The position numbers were made by a program, and so were the translations under genes. From Alphaproteobacteria bacterium (GTDB taxonomy: Bacteria > Pseudomonadota > Alphaproteobacteria > UBA828), in NCBI GenBank assembly GCA_965214705.1, contig OZ243972.1, positions 448,001-512,000 on the forward strand: a DNA stretch of 64,000 bases, read 5' to 3'. Position 1 is the first letter of the stretch; each line of letters opens with the position of its first letter. Shown here one piece after another: positions 18,668 through 28,914 of this stretch. The notes beneath the pieces are model-generated. The model was not told where the DNA came from and searched no databases. It saw nothing but the letters and a program-made list of their open reading frames with translations.

Positions 18668-19546
18668 TCAGTTGCGCAACGCTGCGAAGCCTGAGATCGG
18701 GTGGTCGAGGCCCTCGAACATCTTGCCGGTGACGCGGGCGTAGTGACGGGTCGTGTTCGCGCTTCGATGGCCGAGCATGTCCCGGATCACCTCGATATCG
18801 CCGCCGCGCTCGAGGAGATGGGTCGCCGCCGAATGGCGCAGGCAATGGAAGGTGTAGCTGCGGTCGAGCTCGGCAATGTCGCGCGCCCTCCTGAAGGCGG
18901 CCTGCAAGGTCTCCGTTGCGATGGGCCTGTCGAGCGAGACGCCGTAGAAGAGCCAGCTCGTCGGACGCGGCCAGATGTTCCTGTAGTAGGCGCGCAAGTA
19001 GTGGATGACGCTGTCCGGCAACGGTGCCATTCTCTCGTGGCCACCTTTGCCGGAGGGGATGTGTAGCAGCTTCTTCTCCGACAGGATGTCGCCGACCTTG
19101 ATGGCCAAGGTCTCGGAGATGCGGAGCCCGCCGCCATAGCCGGTGACAATGGCAGCACGGTGGCGGAGGTCGGGCGTCGCAAGGATGAGGTGCTCGACCT
19201 CCTGCTCCGACATGTAGCGCGGCAGCTTGCCGGGCTTCTTGCGGGAGCGCAGGCCGGCGACATGGTCAGGCCAGCCGAGTGTGTCGATGTAGAGGAAGTT
19301 CAGCGCGGCGAAGGAGACGTTGGTCGTGCCCGGACTGAGCCCCTTGTCGATCCGCCCCAGGTACCACTGGCGCACCTGCTCGGCGTCGAGCTCGTCCGGC
19401 GAGGCGTCGTAGTACCTGGCCAGGTTCTTGATCTCGCAGATGTAGGCCTTGGACGTGCTCGCGGCCAGATTGGCGATGCGGAGCTGCTCCTCCATGCGCT
19501 GGCGAAGAGGGGTGACGGTGTTCGTGTCGCACGCGGTCTCGGTCAT
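18668..19546 (-). CDS. Tyrosine recombinase associated with IS91
   Basis: TPLRQRM, GLRISE, GKGG, HCLRHS, LGH....T..Y. Confidence 0.92.
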   Translation of the reverse strand: MTETACDTNTVTPLRQRMEEQLRIANLAASTSKAYICEIKNLARYYDASPDELDAEQVRQWYLGRIDKGLSPGTTNVSFAALNFLYIDTLGWPDHVAGLRSRKKPGKLPRYMSEQEVEHLILATPDLRHRAAIVTGYGGGLRISETLAIKVGDILSEKKLLHIPSGKGGHERMAPLPDSVIHYLRAYYRNIWPRPTSWLFYGVSLDRPIATETLQAAFRRARDIAELDRSYTFHCLRHSAATHLLERGGDIEVIRDMLGHRSANTTRHYARVTGKMFEGLDHPISGFAALRN

Positions 19547-19910
19547 GATCGATCTCCCTGGATCGCGACGGCGCGCCGCCGGACCGATCCGGCGACGGTC
19601 CGTCGCAGGGATCGATGCTAACCACTGGTGATCGGGAGGCTGCCGGGGATCCGCCACTCGACGGGCGGAGCGCCACCGACGCAACCGGGAAGCGAACGCA
19701 CAGGGCAAACGGCACCCGCGACGCCTCGGAAATGAATGAACTCTACGCCGCTAACTCCGCGTAGCGGCTTCGTTCAAACCGCGTCCGGCGGCCAGGATCG
19801 AGGGGCGAGACCGGTCCGCGTCGGCAAATGGCGGATCGTCTCGCCCCTCTCGTAGTCGGCGCAGGGAGATCGCGGGGGCCGGCGCTCAGCGTCAAACGAG
19901 CGCGGGACGG

Positions 19911-20255
19911 CTAGACGAGCTTGATGAGCGCGACGATAAGAGCCACCGCGCCCACCATCATCGCACCAAGGCGAATGGTCATGCGCTGCTCGAGCTCGCG
20001 CATCTCGCTTCGCACTGCCTTGATGTCGCCCCGTAGCGCGGTCTCGGTCTTCTCAAGGTCGCCCCGCAGCGCGGTCTCGGTCTTCTCAAGGTCGCCCCGC
20101 AGCACCTCAAGGTCGGCCTTGGTGGCCAGGGTCTCGCCCATGCCTTCGGCGAAGGTGTCGACGAGGATCGCGGCCTGCTTCTCGTCGAAGCCGCCTTCGT
20201 CGCGCAGCTTGCGCGCCGCCCTGAGCGTGTCGAACGCCACCATCATGACGCTCAT
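19911..20255 (-). CDS. DUF1640/CCDC90-like coiled-coil protein with C-terminal TM helix
   Basis: AFDTL...L...GF...QA, LATKADL, LEQRMTIRLG + hydrophobic tail. Confidence 0.8.
   Translation of the reverse strand: MSVMMVAFDTLRAARKLRDEGGFDEKQAAILVDTFAEGMGETLATKADLEVLRGDLEKTETALRGDLEKTETALRGDIKAVRSEMRELEQRMTIRLGAMMVGAVALIVALIKLV
20025..20103. repeat. In-frame 33-bp tandem repeat (LRGDLEKTETA)
   Basis: gtcgccccgYagcgcggtctcggtcttctcaag twice plus a partial copy. Confidence 0.85.
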
Positions 20256-20414
20256 CCTATCGCCGTCGCCGGCGGACGCAACCGCACGCACGCCACCATG
20301 CGCGCAGCGCACGTCGTCGCTCCGGCGCCGGTGTTTTGATTCCGGTTTCGGGGGCGCCGTCGGCGGGCTCGCGCGGCGTTCCGGCCCGAGTCGCTACGAG
20401 TCGCTACGCGGAGC

Positions 20415-20458
20415 TACGCTGGAGTTGGAATTCACTCGCTTCCGCAGTGATTACGGTG
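20415..20458 (+). repeat. Left copy of a 44-bp imperfect inverted repeat
   Basis: 36/44 identical to the reverse complement of 24255-24298. Confidence 0.85.
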
Positions 20459-21061
20459 GGCGATTTCAGGAGCTGTCAGAGAGGGCTGATTAGGGAGCTA
20501 AGCGGCTGGATTGATGCAGGAAACTGAGGTTGTAGCCTTTATCCTGCGCCCAGGCTCTCCTTTGGTTCTAGGAGGCCTCAGCCCGAGGGCTCGCGTTGTC
20601 AAACCGTATGGCCGCCATCTTGGTCGTGACGACTCGGGAACTTAGCCGTACTCTAGCACTCCAGCACACGCTCACCAAGATGTCTACTCAGGGCAACGCA
20701 ACCTAGCTGAAACCCCGCCCGAAGGAAACAACTGACAAGCAATCCGTCCCTCGCTCCCGAGCCCATCAAAAGGCTTCCGCCTCCCTGTCGATGCAGCCCT
20801 CCCGCACATCAGCGACGCATCCTCCATGCCGCACAACGTGCCGTCCCCAAATAGCGCCACAACCGACGCGCCTTTGCAAGCCCAAAATCACACTCCGCAA
20901 TTCAAGTCCAGCCCCCGAGCCGCGACCGCCCTGCGTAGCCAATACGTCCGCAGCGTACCTGGACACCAGACCCTCCGAATTCGTCCGCCGGAAGCGCTCA
21001 TGCACCCCAAGCCCATAGCATGGCGGAAGCGTGCGCGGCAGCGCCGACCGTCCCGAGCGGC

Positions 21062-21412
21062 TCAGGCTTCGGAGGGAGCACTCCAGGCCGCGACCTTGCC
21101 GAGCCTCTCGGCAAGCCGGTCCTGTTCCCGTTCAAGGTCGTACTGACTCTGCAGGCCCATCCAGAACTCCGCCGAGTTACCGAAGAAGCGCGAGAACAGC
21201 AACGCCGTCTCCGCCGTGACCGAGCGCTCGCCGTGAACGATCGCATGAACGCGGCGGGGGTCGACGCCGACCGACCGCGCCAGCCGGTACTGGCTGATCT
21301 TCAGCGGAACCAGAAACTCGTCCCTCAGTATCTCCCCCGGGTGGATGGGAGGCAGCTTGCGACCCCGTCCCCGCGTCGACTTGCCCAGGTCCCTGCGCTC
21401 CTCGCCCGGCAT
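21062..21412 (-). CDS. higA: HigA-family antitoxin
   Basis: PPIHPGEILRDEFL, TAETALLFSRFFG.SAEFWMGLQSQYDL. Confidence 0.95.
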   Translation of the reverse strand: MPGEERRDLGKSTRGRGRKLPPIHPGEILRDEFLVPLKISQYRLARSVGVDPRRVHAIVHGERSVTAETALLFSRFFGNSAEFWMGLQSQYDLEREQDRLAERLGKVAAWSAPSEA

Positions 21413-21423
21413 CCGCCTCACCA

Positions 21424-21705
21424 TCAGTGGTAGTCCACGATCTCGACGTCGTACGCGTCTCCCCGCCTCCAGGAGAAGCATATCCGCCAGCGATCGTTGA
21501 CCCGAATGCTGTACAAGCCCTTGCGCCCGCCCGATAGTGCTTCCAGCCGGTTTCCCGGAGGCACCCGCAGGTCGTTCAGACTTCTCGCGTTGTTCAGCAT
21601 CATCAGCTTCGCCTGTGCGCGCCGCTGGATGTCCGCAGGGAACCGCCTCACCCGCTCCCGCTTTGCGACCGCCGCGGTCCCAACGTCTTTGTAACTCTTG
21701 ATCAT
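21424..21705 (-). CDS. higB: HigB (RelE/ParE superfamily) toxin
   Basis: MIKSY, DLRVPPGNRLEAL.G.RKG.YSIRVNDRWRICF.W, VEIVDYH. Confidence 0.95.
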   Translation of the reverse strand: MIKSYKDVGTAAVAKRERVRRFPADIQRRAQAKLMMLNNARSLNDLRVPPGNRLEALSGGRKGLYSIRVNDRWRICFSWRRGDAYDVEIVDYH

Positions 21706-21798
21706 CTCGCAAATGGCACAACGCGCTAATAGCGTGTGGCGCCATATGATGTCAACCGGCGTCGCCGGCGCTCGAACGGCAAAGCCGACCGGTTGTGC

Positions 21799-22968
21799 TC
21801 ATGGCAGAATGTCCTCTCCGATGCTGGCCGCAACCAGCGCCGCCGACTCCTTAACTGAGTCTCGCGCCAGGTGGGCATAGCGTGCGGTGGTCTGGATCTT
21901 CTTGTGGCCGAGAAGCTTGCCGATCATCGTGAGGTCTTCGCCCAGCGCCAGTGCCCGCGACGCGAAGGAATGACGCAGGTCGTGAAGCCTGACGTCGTCC
22001 AGCCCGGCGCGCTCCCTGACCCGGTACCAGTAATCGGCGATGTGCGTCTGCCGCGCGCCAGGCTTGCGGCCCGCAATGACCCACGGATTGCCAGGGGGGC
22101 GGGGAATGCCCGCGAGAACCCGCGCCGCCGCCGGCGACAGCGGAACGACGCGAGGACCGGTCTTGCTGTCGCGCAACCGAATCTCGTTCCGCTCCAACGC
22201 CACGTCCTCCCACCGAAGCGTCAGCACCTCGCCGCAGCGGCACCCCGTCAGCATCAGAAGCCGGAGCGCCGCCGCCGCATGAACCGGAAGCCGGCCCCCA
22301 GTCTCCAGCTCGTCAAGGGCGTGCCCGAGGCGTCCAAACTCCTCCTCCGTCAGGAAGCGCTCCAGCCGCCGCGTCCGGTACGGCGTGACGAAGCGGCAGG
22401 GATTGCTTCCCGCCGAAACCAGTCCCCACGCCTCCGCACGGTTCAGCATCCGCGACAGAGCGCCCACCGTGTCGTTCGCCGCAACCGGCGTCTTGCGCAG
22501 ACGGTAGTGAAGCTCGGCTACGTGCTCACGGCCAACGGCGGCGATCGGCAACTTGCCCAGAGCGGGAAGAATGTGCCCGTCGATCATCTGGCGGTAGCCC
22601 TTCACCGTGAGCGGCTTGCAGCGGACCTCGACATGCTCTCGCAGATACCTCTCGGCGAGATCGGCCACCGTCGGCCCGTTCCCGACGCCCGGCTCTGACC
22701 CCGGCTCCTCGCCCGCCTTGATGCGGATCAGGAGCGCAGCACCCCGGCGCCGCGCCTCGTCCGCCGGGATCGTGCCGTGCCGGCCCACCGTGATCCGCTT
22801 CGAGCCTCTGGGGCCCCGACCCTGCACCAGGTATGTCTTCGCGCCGTTGGGATAGACCCGCACCCCGAAACCCGGAAGGTCCCGGTCCCAGTAGATGACC
22901 TCCTTGTCGCCTGCCCGCAGGCCGTCGACCACGCGGTTCGACAATGTCTTGCATTCCAGTCTCGCCAT
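21799..22968 (-). CDS. Tyrosine recombinase with N-terminal arm-binding domain
   Basis: WDRDLPGFGVRV; LTGCR, DSKTG, HDLRH, LGH, TARYAH. Confidence 0.93.
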   Translation of the reverse strand: MARLECKTLSNRVVDGLRAGDKEVIYWDRDLPGFGVRVYPNGAKTYLVQGRGPRGSKRITVGRHGTIPADEARRRGAALLIRIKAGEEPGSEPGVGNGPTVADLAERYLREHVEVRCKPLTVKGYRQMIDGHILPALGKLPIAAVGREHVAELHYRLRKTPVAANDTVGALSRMLNRAEAWGLVSAGSNPCRFVTPYRTRRLERFLTEEEFGRLGHALDELETGGRLPVHAAAALRLLMLTGCRCGEVLTLRWEDVALERNEIRLRDSKTGPRVVPLSPAAARVLAGIPRPPGNPWVIAGRKPGARQTHIADYWYRVRERAGLDDVRLHDLRHSFASRALALGEDLTMIGKLLGHKKIQTTARYAHLARDSVKESAALVAASIGEDILP

Positions 22969-22984
22969 GGCGGAATTCCCTTCC

Positions 22985-24202
22985 CTAAGCCGGCGTGACC
23001 GGCGTCGATTCACGACCGTCGGCATGGGCGCTCTCCGCCCGCAGGACGTCAGCTTCGATGCTGTCGCCCACACGGGCCACAGCAATCTTCTCCGCCTCGC
23101 GCGAGAGATGGGCGTAACGGGCGGTGCTGCCAATGTCCGTGTGGCCGAGAAGTCGGCCGATCATCGGAAGCGCGAGGCCCAGCGCCAGAGCCCGCGAAGC
23201 GAAGCTGTGACGGAGGTCGTGGATCCGCACGTCCTCCACCTCGGCCCGCTCCCGCACACGATGCCAGTAGGGCCTGAGATCCGACAGATGGCGATCGCGC
23301 CTCTTGCCCGAGAACACCCAGGGGCTCCGCCTGACCCGCACGATCCCCGCCAGCACCTGTAGAGCGGTGGGCGTCAGCGGCACCATGCGCGCTCCCGTCT
23401 TCGCGTCGCGCAGGCGAAACTCGCCGGACTTGCGGTCGATGTCGCTCCACTTCAGCGTCAGCACCTCTCCGACCCGGCACCCCGTCAGCATGATCAGGCG
23501 CAACGCCGGCGCAGCCCGCGCCTGCGCGGGACCCTCCGCCTCCAGCTCGCGCAGCGCCTGGCCAACCCGGCGGTACTCGTCCTCCGTCAGAAAGCGCTCG
23601 CGCCGGCCCTCCTTGTAACGCAGCACGAAACGGCACGGGTTGCCTCCCGGCGGCGCCTGGCCCCACGCCTCCGCCAGCGAAAATATCTTCGACAACACCA
23701 TCAGCGCCCGGTTCGCAGCCCGCGGCGTCTCGCGCAGACGGTAGTGAAATGCCGCAACCTCGGCCCGCCCGACGGAGGCCACCGCCATCGTGCCGAACGC
23801 GGGCAGGATGTGGTTCCTCAGAGAGCCCGCGTAGATCCCTTGCGTGTGCGCGTTGCAGCGCACCTTGACGTGGCCCTCCATGTAGCGCTCGGCCAGGTCG
23901 GCGACGGTGTGTGTGCGCTTGAGCGGCCTCGCCGAGGGGTCTTCGCCCTGCTTGATGCGGGCGATGGCGGCGGCGGCCTGCTTGCGCGCCTCCTCGGCGG
24001 TGATCGCTCCGTGTCGGCCGAGTGAGACCCGCTTGATGCCGTTCGGTCCCCGGCATTGGGTCACGTAAACCTTGCTGCCCGAGGGGTAGACCCTCACGCC
24101 GAAGCCCGGCAGTTCCCGGTCCCAGAACACGGCTTCCTTGCCCTCGACGGAGAGCCCATCGACGGATTGCTTCGAGATGGTCAGCTCGCCTCGTCTTGGC
24201 AT
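22985..24202 (-). CDS. Tyrosine recombinase with N-terminal arm-binding domain (tandem paralogue)
   Basis: WDRELPGFGVRV; LTGCR, DAKTG, HDLRH, LGH, TARYAH. Confidence 0.93.
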   Translation of the reverse strand: MPRRGELTISKQSVDGLSVEGKEAVFWDRELPGFGVRVYPSGSKVYVTQCRGPNGIKRVSLGRHGAITAEEARKQAAAAIARIKQGEDPSARPLKRTHTVADLAERYMEGHVKVRCNAHTQGIYAGSLRNHILPAFGTMAVASVGRAEVAAFHYRLRETPRAANRALMVLSKIFSLAEAWGQAPPGGNPCRFVLRYKEGRRERFLTEDEYRRVGQALRELEAEGPAQARAAPALRLIMLTGCRVGEVLTLKWSDIDRKSGEFRLRDAKTGARMVPLTPTALQVLAGIVRVRRSPWVFSGKRRDRHLSDLRPYWHRVRERAEVEDVRIHDLRHSFASRALALGLALPMIGRLLGHTDIGSTARYAHLSREAEKIAVARVGDSIEADVLRAESAHADGRESTPVTPA

Positions 24203-24254
24203 CGGGCACCCCTCGAGTCGCGGTCGGATTCCGGGCCGGCGCGACTGTCGTAAT

Positions 24255-24298
24255 CACCGTAATCACTTCGTAAGCCACCGACATCCAACTCCGGCGTA
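24255..24298 (-). repeat. Right copy of the 44-bp inverted repeat, overlapping the direct repeat cgtaatcac x2
   Basis: See 20415-20458. Confidence 0.85.
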
Positions 24299-24477
24299 TT
24301 GAAGCGTAGGTTTGTCCGGTCGTCAAGTGTCGTCAGGGAGTGTTGTGGTCACATCAACTTATTGTTACGACAAGAAATACATCCTTTTGTCGTTCTCCAG
24401 CGTACCGGAGCGTGCCAGAGCGTAGCCCTGTCATGGACTAGCCAATTTGCGCCCAAACAAGAGGAGAGCCTCAAGTC

Positions 24478-25237
24478 ATGAAGAAGACGAAGCTGAAGAG
24501 CGGACTCGCCAGGAGCAGCGCGATTGCCCTCGTGTTGGCCGCACCCCTTGCGATCGCGGCATGCAACGGCGGCGATGTCTCCCAGGCGGAACTCGACGCG
24601 GAGAGGGAGGCGAGGCTGGCTGCGGAGGCCGAGGCTGAGAAGGCCAGGATGGAGGCCGAGCAGGCAGCGGCAGAGGAACGGGAGCGGGTCCTGACCGAGC
24701 AGGAGGCCAAGGACGTCCAACAGGCGATCGCGATCGCGGCCGCTGCGGTGGCCGCGCTGACCGATGAGTCCGACGACGATGCGATCGCGGCGGCGCTGGC
24801 TGCTGTTTCGGCCGCATCGGACGCGGTGCAGAATGCGGAGCGTCTGACCCAGGCGCAGATCGATATGTACACCTCGCAGGTCGTGATCGTCGGTCTTCGT
24901 CTTGCGGCGGCCGAGGCGAATATCGAGGCGGCGAGGAACCTGGCTCGCGCTGAGGAAGCCGAGGGCGACATCCAGGCGGTCGAGGATGCCAAGATGGCCG
25001 TTGCGACCGCCCTTACGGATCTTGGGGCGGCCCAGACGGCTAAAGCCGCCGCTCAGACTGCTCTCCAGGATGCCCTAGCCGCTCTCGATGCCGCTGCCGC
25101 GGCCTTGGGCACCACGGACGATCCCGAGGGTGAGGTCGCGGCGTTCACGAGCGCTCAGACTGCGCTAACGGCTGCGCAGGCGGACTACGCTGCCAAGACC
25201 GGTGCTTTGACGGCGGCGCAGCAGGCCCTTGAGGCGG
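24478..25237 (+). pseudogene. Ala/Glu-rich coiled-coil lipoprotein, truncated by element copy 2
   Basis: Basic N-terminus, hydrophobic stretch and lipobox LAIAAC; the ORF runs into the element IR at 25238. Confidence 0.75.
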
Positions 25238-25509
25238 TGTTGTTTCGCACGCAATATGACGACGGCTTTGCCGGATTGATTTGAGCGCCGGAGGCGCGGA
25301 TTTCTCGGATAGATCCGGCTTTTCCGGATCGATGAGCAAGCTGCGACGACGCATATCCGTTCGCCCCTTGAGGGTTGAACGGATGGTTTGGTCCTGCTGG
25401 TTGGGACGAGGCTGCCCGCGACGCTCAGGGGCTTCAGGGGACGGGAACGAGCGGTGGCGGCACCATGGTCGGTGCCGGCCACTGCTGCGCCCTCGGCCGC
25501 GCGGGCGTC

Positions 25510-25731
25510 TCAGAACGGGGTATCCAACTCCGGGAACAGCGGCAGTTGTTCCCCGTCGTCGAGGGGCGGCGGGCAGTCGGGCTCGTAGTATCGCCTGATC
25601 TGGCCGGCGTACCTGGTTTCGACTGCCCTGCCGAGTTGGTAGAAGGCGTCGCCGAGTTCATGGAGGACGTCGCGGATCCTGGCGGCGGTCTCGTCGCTGA
25701 TCTCGTCGGGCAGGTCGATGACGATGCTCAT
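25510..25731 (-). CDS. 73-aa QLPLF-motif protein
   Basis: Identical to 8899-9120. Confidence 0.7.
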   Translation of the reverse strand: MSIVIDLPDEISDETAARIRDVLHELGDAFYQLGRAVETRYAGQIRRYYEPDCPPPLDDGEQLPLFPELDTPF

Positions 25732-26528
25732 GGCCTGAGCTCGTCGAGGGCGTGCTGGAGGTGGTCGGCGTTGACGGTTCTTGCCTTGTCGAGGGCGGCG
25801 GCGGCCAGCGCGTAGTGCGCGATGCGGTTGATCTGGCGCGGCAGTCCGCGCGCACTCTGGAACAGGGCCTCGACGGCCGGCGCCTCGAAGAGCGGCAACT
25901 CGCACCCTGCAAGACGGAGGCGGTGCGTGAGATAGGCGTCGACCTCCTCTCGATCGAGGCCGGTGAGGTGGTGACGGACGACGAGGCGCTGGCTGAGGGA
26001 TTCGTGCACCGCCATGGACAGCCTGCGCCTGAGCTCGGTCAGGCCGACGAGGATGAGGCACATGCGCTGCTCCGCGTCCATGGCGAAGTTGGTGAGCAGG
26101 CGGAGGTCCTCAAGCACGTCGTTGCGCAGGTGGTGGGCCTCGTCGACGACGAGGACGGGCAGCTGCTTGGCCTCGTTCGCAAGCCGGGTGATCTCGGTCC
26201 TGATCGCATGGTGGGCCGAGGATCGCGAGCGCTCGACGGCGATGCCGATCTCCCATGCGATGGATTTGTACATGTCGAGCACGTTGCCGGTGGTCAGCGA
26301 GACGTAGTGGATGCGGTAGAGGCCCGGGTGGAGCTGGGCTGTGAGGTGGCGGCAGACGGTTGTCTTGCCGGAGCCCACCTCGCCGGTGAGCATGCCGATG
26401 CCGCGCAAGTCGATGAGGTGTCCGAGCCTGGCCTCGGCCTCGCGCCGCGCATTGGATTCGAAGAGCTCGTCGGTTTCTGCCGGGGTCTCGAAGGGCAGAC
26501 GGGTGAAGGCGAAGTGTCGCAGGTACAT
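25728..26528 (-). CDS. ExeA-like AAA+ ATPase
   Basis: Identical to 8102-8902. Confidence 0.92.
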   Translation of the reverse strand: MYLRHFAFTRLPFETPAETDELFESNARREAEARLGHLIDLRGIGMLTGEVGSGKTTVCRHLTAQLHPGLYRIHYVSLTTGNVLDMYKSIAWEIGIAVERSRSSAHHAIRTEITRLANEAKQLPVLVVDEAHHLRNDVLEDLRLLTNFAMDAEQRMCLILVGLTELRRRLSMAVHESLSQRLVVRHHLTGLDREEVDAYLTHRLRLAGCELPLFEAPAVEALFQSARGLPRQINRIAHYALAAAALDKARTVNADHLQHALDELRP

Positions 26529-27907
26529 CAGTCGTCCTCCTGCTTCTTCCTGAGGTTCCGCATGGCCAGTGGCGAGGGCGGCGGCTCGGGCGCCGGGTCG
26601 TCGGTCTCGATCTGCTTGGAGCAGTGGCCGCGCTTCACTGCGGTATTTGCGTAGGCGTCGAGGCGGGTTGCCTTCCCGGCAGGCTTTCCGTCACAGACGA
26701 CGTCGAGGGGGCGCGACGGCGGCGCGTCGGGGTCGTAGCGCAAGGTGACGCTGCGGCCGACGAGGAGGGGATCGACCTCGTAGAGGCGGCCGTCCAGGCT
26801 GACGGTGCGGTCCTTCTGGACGCGCCGCCCGACCTCGAAGAGGAAGATCTCGTCAAGGTCGAGAGCGGGCTCGGGATAGCGCACGCCTGCGCCGGCCAGC
26901 GCCCACTGCTCGAGCGGCGTGCGCCCGTCCAGGCCGCGATGGGGGGAGTTGTGGTGCTCCCCCTCGATCCAGGCCCAGAGGCTGCGGTTGAGCGCCTCGA
27001 GGCTGTCCAGGGCCTCGGGCTCGAGGTGGGCCAGCCAGCCGGCCCGCAGTGTCCTGAAGAAGCGCTCGATCTTGCCCTTCCCGGCTGGCTGATAGGCCCT
27101 GGCGTGGATCAGCGCGATGCCGAGCTTCGCACAGACCAGGGCGAGCTGGCGGGAGCGGTAAGCGGCACCGTTGTCGACGTACAGGCGCGCTGCGAGGCCG
27201 CGCCGGACAAGGGCGTTCTTGAACACCGGCAGGAAGGCCTGGACGTTCTCGGCCAGGGCGAAGGCGGCAAAGGGGATGACGCGGGTGGCGTCGTCGATGA
27301 AGGCGATGAGGTAGGTCTTGCGCCGGCTGCGCCCGTGCCGGACCTTGGGCCCGTGCATGACGTCGCTCATCCACAGCTCGCCGGCTTCCTGGAAGGCGAA
27401 GCGGCGGCGGTCGGCACCGTCGGGCGGCTTCTTGTCGAACAGGCCCTCGCGGCTCAGCAGGCGGTGCACGGTGGACGGGGCGAGCGGATGATCGACACCG
27501 TCCTCGCGGGCTTTCTGGATGACCTTGCGCACCGACCATGCCGGGTTGTCGGTCTTCAGCTCGATAAGCTGCGCGGCGACCTCGGGCGGCAGCCGCCGGG
27601 GCTGCCCCCGGTCGGTGCGCGGCTTGGGGTAGAGCGCGTCGAAGCCGCCGTAGCGGTAGCGGTAGCGCTTGACCCAGCCCCGGATGGTGTTGGCGGCGAC
27701 ATGGGTCCGGTCGCTTCCGGGGATGGTGTAGGTCCGGCTGGCCTTGTCGCGCAGCTTCTCGCCGATGCCCTGCGCGCCCACCGGCAGATGCACCAGGTCG
27801 GCAATGACGGTGTATCGGAAGAGCGCGATCTCCTGGCGAAGGTCGTCGTCTGAGTTGTTCATGGTGCGATCCTCATTCGTGGGGCTCCCTGGCCCCGGGA
27901 TCGTCAC
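26528..27907 (-). CDS. DDE transposase with Mu-like C-terminal domain
   Basis: Identical to 6723-8102. Confidence 0.92.
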   Translation of the reverse strand: MTIPGPGSPTNEDRTMNNSDDDLRQEIALFRYTVIADLVHLPVGAQGIGEKLRDKASRTYTIPGSDRTHVAANTIRGWVKRYRYRYGGFDALYPKPRTDRGQPRRLPPEVAAQLIELKTDNPAWSVRKVIQKAREDGVDHPLAPSTVHRLLSREGLFDKKPPDGADRRRFAFQEAGELWMSDVMHGPKVRHGRSRRKTYLIAFIDDATRVIPFAAFALAENVQAFLPVFKNALVRRGLAARLYVDNGAAYRSRQLALVCAKLGIALIHARAYQPAGKGKIERFFRTLRAGWLAHLEPEALDSLEALNRSLWAWIEGEHHNSPHRGLDGRTPLEQWALAGAGVRYPEPALDLDEIFLFEVGRRVQKDRTVSLDGRLYEVDPLLVGRSVTLRYDPDAPPSRPLDVVCDGKPAGKATRLDAYANTAVKRGHCSKQIETDDPAPEPPPSPLAMRNLRKKQEDD

Positions 27908-27908
27908 G

Positions 27909-28544
27909 CTACGAACTCTCCGGCGGCGGGTCCGGCCCCGCCCGTTGTTGGAACGCAGATTTGCGACTCATCACGCCGATTCCGTGGGGTTGGAAGCCCA
28001 GAGGCGCGGGCAGCGTCTGCAGTTGCCCGGCGACCAGGCCGCGCAGCGCCATCAACGCGCTGTCGCTCTTCAGACGCTCGCGAACCGCGCTCATGGTGGC
28101 CGCGCAGCCCGCGAGCTTCTCGGGGATCAGACCGATGACACGGGCAAGCGCGTCGTAGACGAGATCCAGCCGCCGGCGCAGCCAACGAAGCGCGCCGGGA
28201 AGCTCGATGGCGTCATCGTCCTCGGGGCAGCGCGCCTCGTCCGCTGCCTCCTCCAGGCTGCCGGCCTCCTCCGCCGCCACCACAACATCTTCCAGCGCAT
28301 CGAGCGTGCCCGGCAGCCGCGCCGCCAGACAGTCCGGCAGAAGGCTGATGGTCGTGTGGCTCTCACGGCAGTACCAGCGAGCAATCTTCGCGCCCTCGGG
28401 CGTCTTGCGCTCATAGGTGCCGTGATGGGCCACAGAGCATCCGCCATGCGGATGATTCGGGCACCGATCGAGCCTTGCATCGCGCCACGCCTCGGCCCTA
28501 ACGTATTCCTCGCCGGTAAGCCCCGTTTCATACCGAAGCTGCAC
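27909..28544 (-). CDS. Element accessory protein (intact)
   Basis: GTG start, Cys/His motif, directly upstream of the transposase. Confidence 0.75.
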   Translation of the reverse strand: MQLRYETGLTGEEYVRAEAWRDARLDRCPNHPHGGCSVAHHGTYERKTPEGAKIARWYCRESHTTISLLPDCLAARLPGTLDALEDVVVAAEEAGSLEEAADEARCPEDDDAIELPGALRWLRRRLDLVYDALARVIGLIPEKLAGCAATMSAVRERLKSDSALMALRGLVAGQLQTLPAPLGFQPHGIGVMSRKSAFQQRAGPDPPPESS

Positions 28545-28914
28545 CGGCCATGGCCCGGCGGGAGTTCCGTCCCCCGGGCCTCTCTTCGTCGTTCAGAGAG
28601 AGGCCGAGATTACGGACGCCCCCCGGCGCCGCCAAGCTGTGGAGCCGTGGACGCGTCCTGCGGACCGATCGGCGTCCTGCGGACCGTGTGGACAGCCCGT
28701 GGACAAGCTGGCGCTTGCCCACCGCCTGACCACACTCGCCGATCTCGCGCCCACCGCTCCACAGCTTCAACAGCAATGAGGATATTGCTGAGGATCAAAA
28801 GAAGAGCCGCGGACAGCGCCCTTCCCACATTCAGCCAACATCCCCGGAAATCCGCCGTCGGATCAGTGTGACCAAAAAGCCCGGCCTTCTATCGACTTAA
28901 ACTGCGAAACAACA

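Larger units (their letters stand above)
17158..19777 (-). mobile_element. IS91-family element with upstream tyrosine recombinase
   Basis: int-tnp operon; right boundary fixed by the partial copy at 4095; both ends carry ttgaac/gttcaa. Confidence 0.85.
25238..28914 (-). mobile_element. Four-gene Mu/IS21/IS481-like element, copy 2 (no MITE, no TSD)
   Basis: Near-identical inverted copy of 5541-9392. Confidence 0.93.

Noticed and set aside
20385-20425. gagtcgctac repeats as a CRISPR or iteron array
   Set aside because: Only 2-4 short degenerate units with no spacers and no cas or rep gene; better explained as part of the recombinase-associated end.
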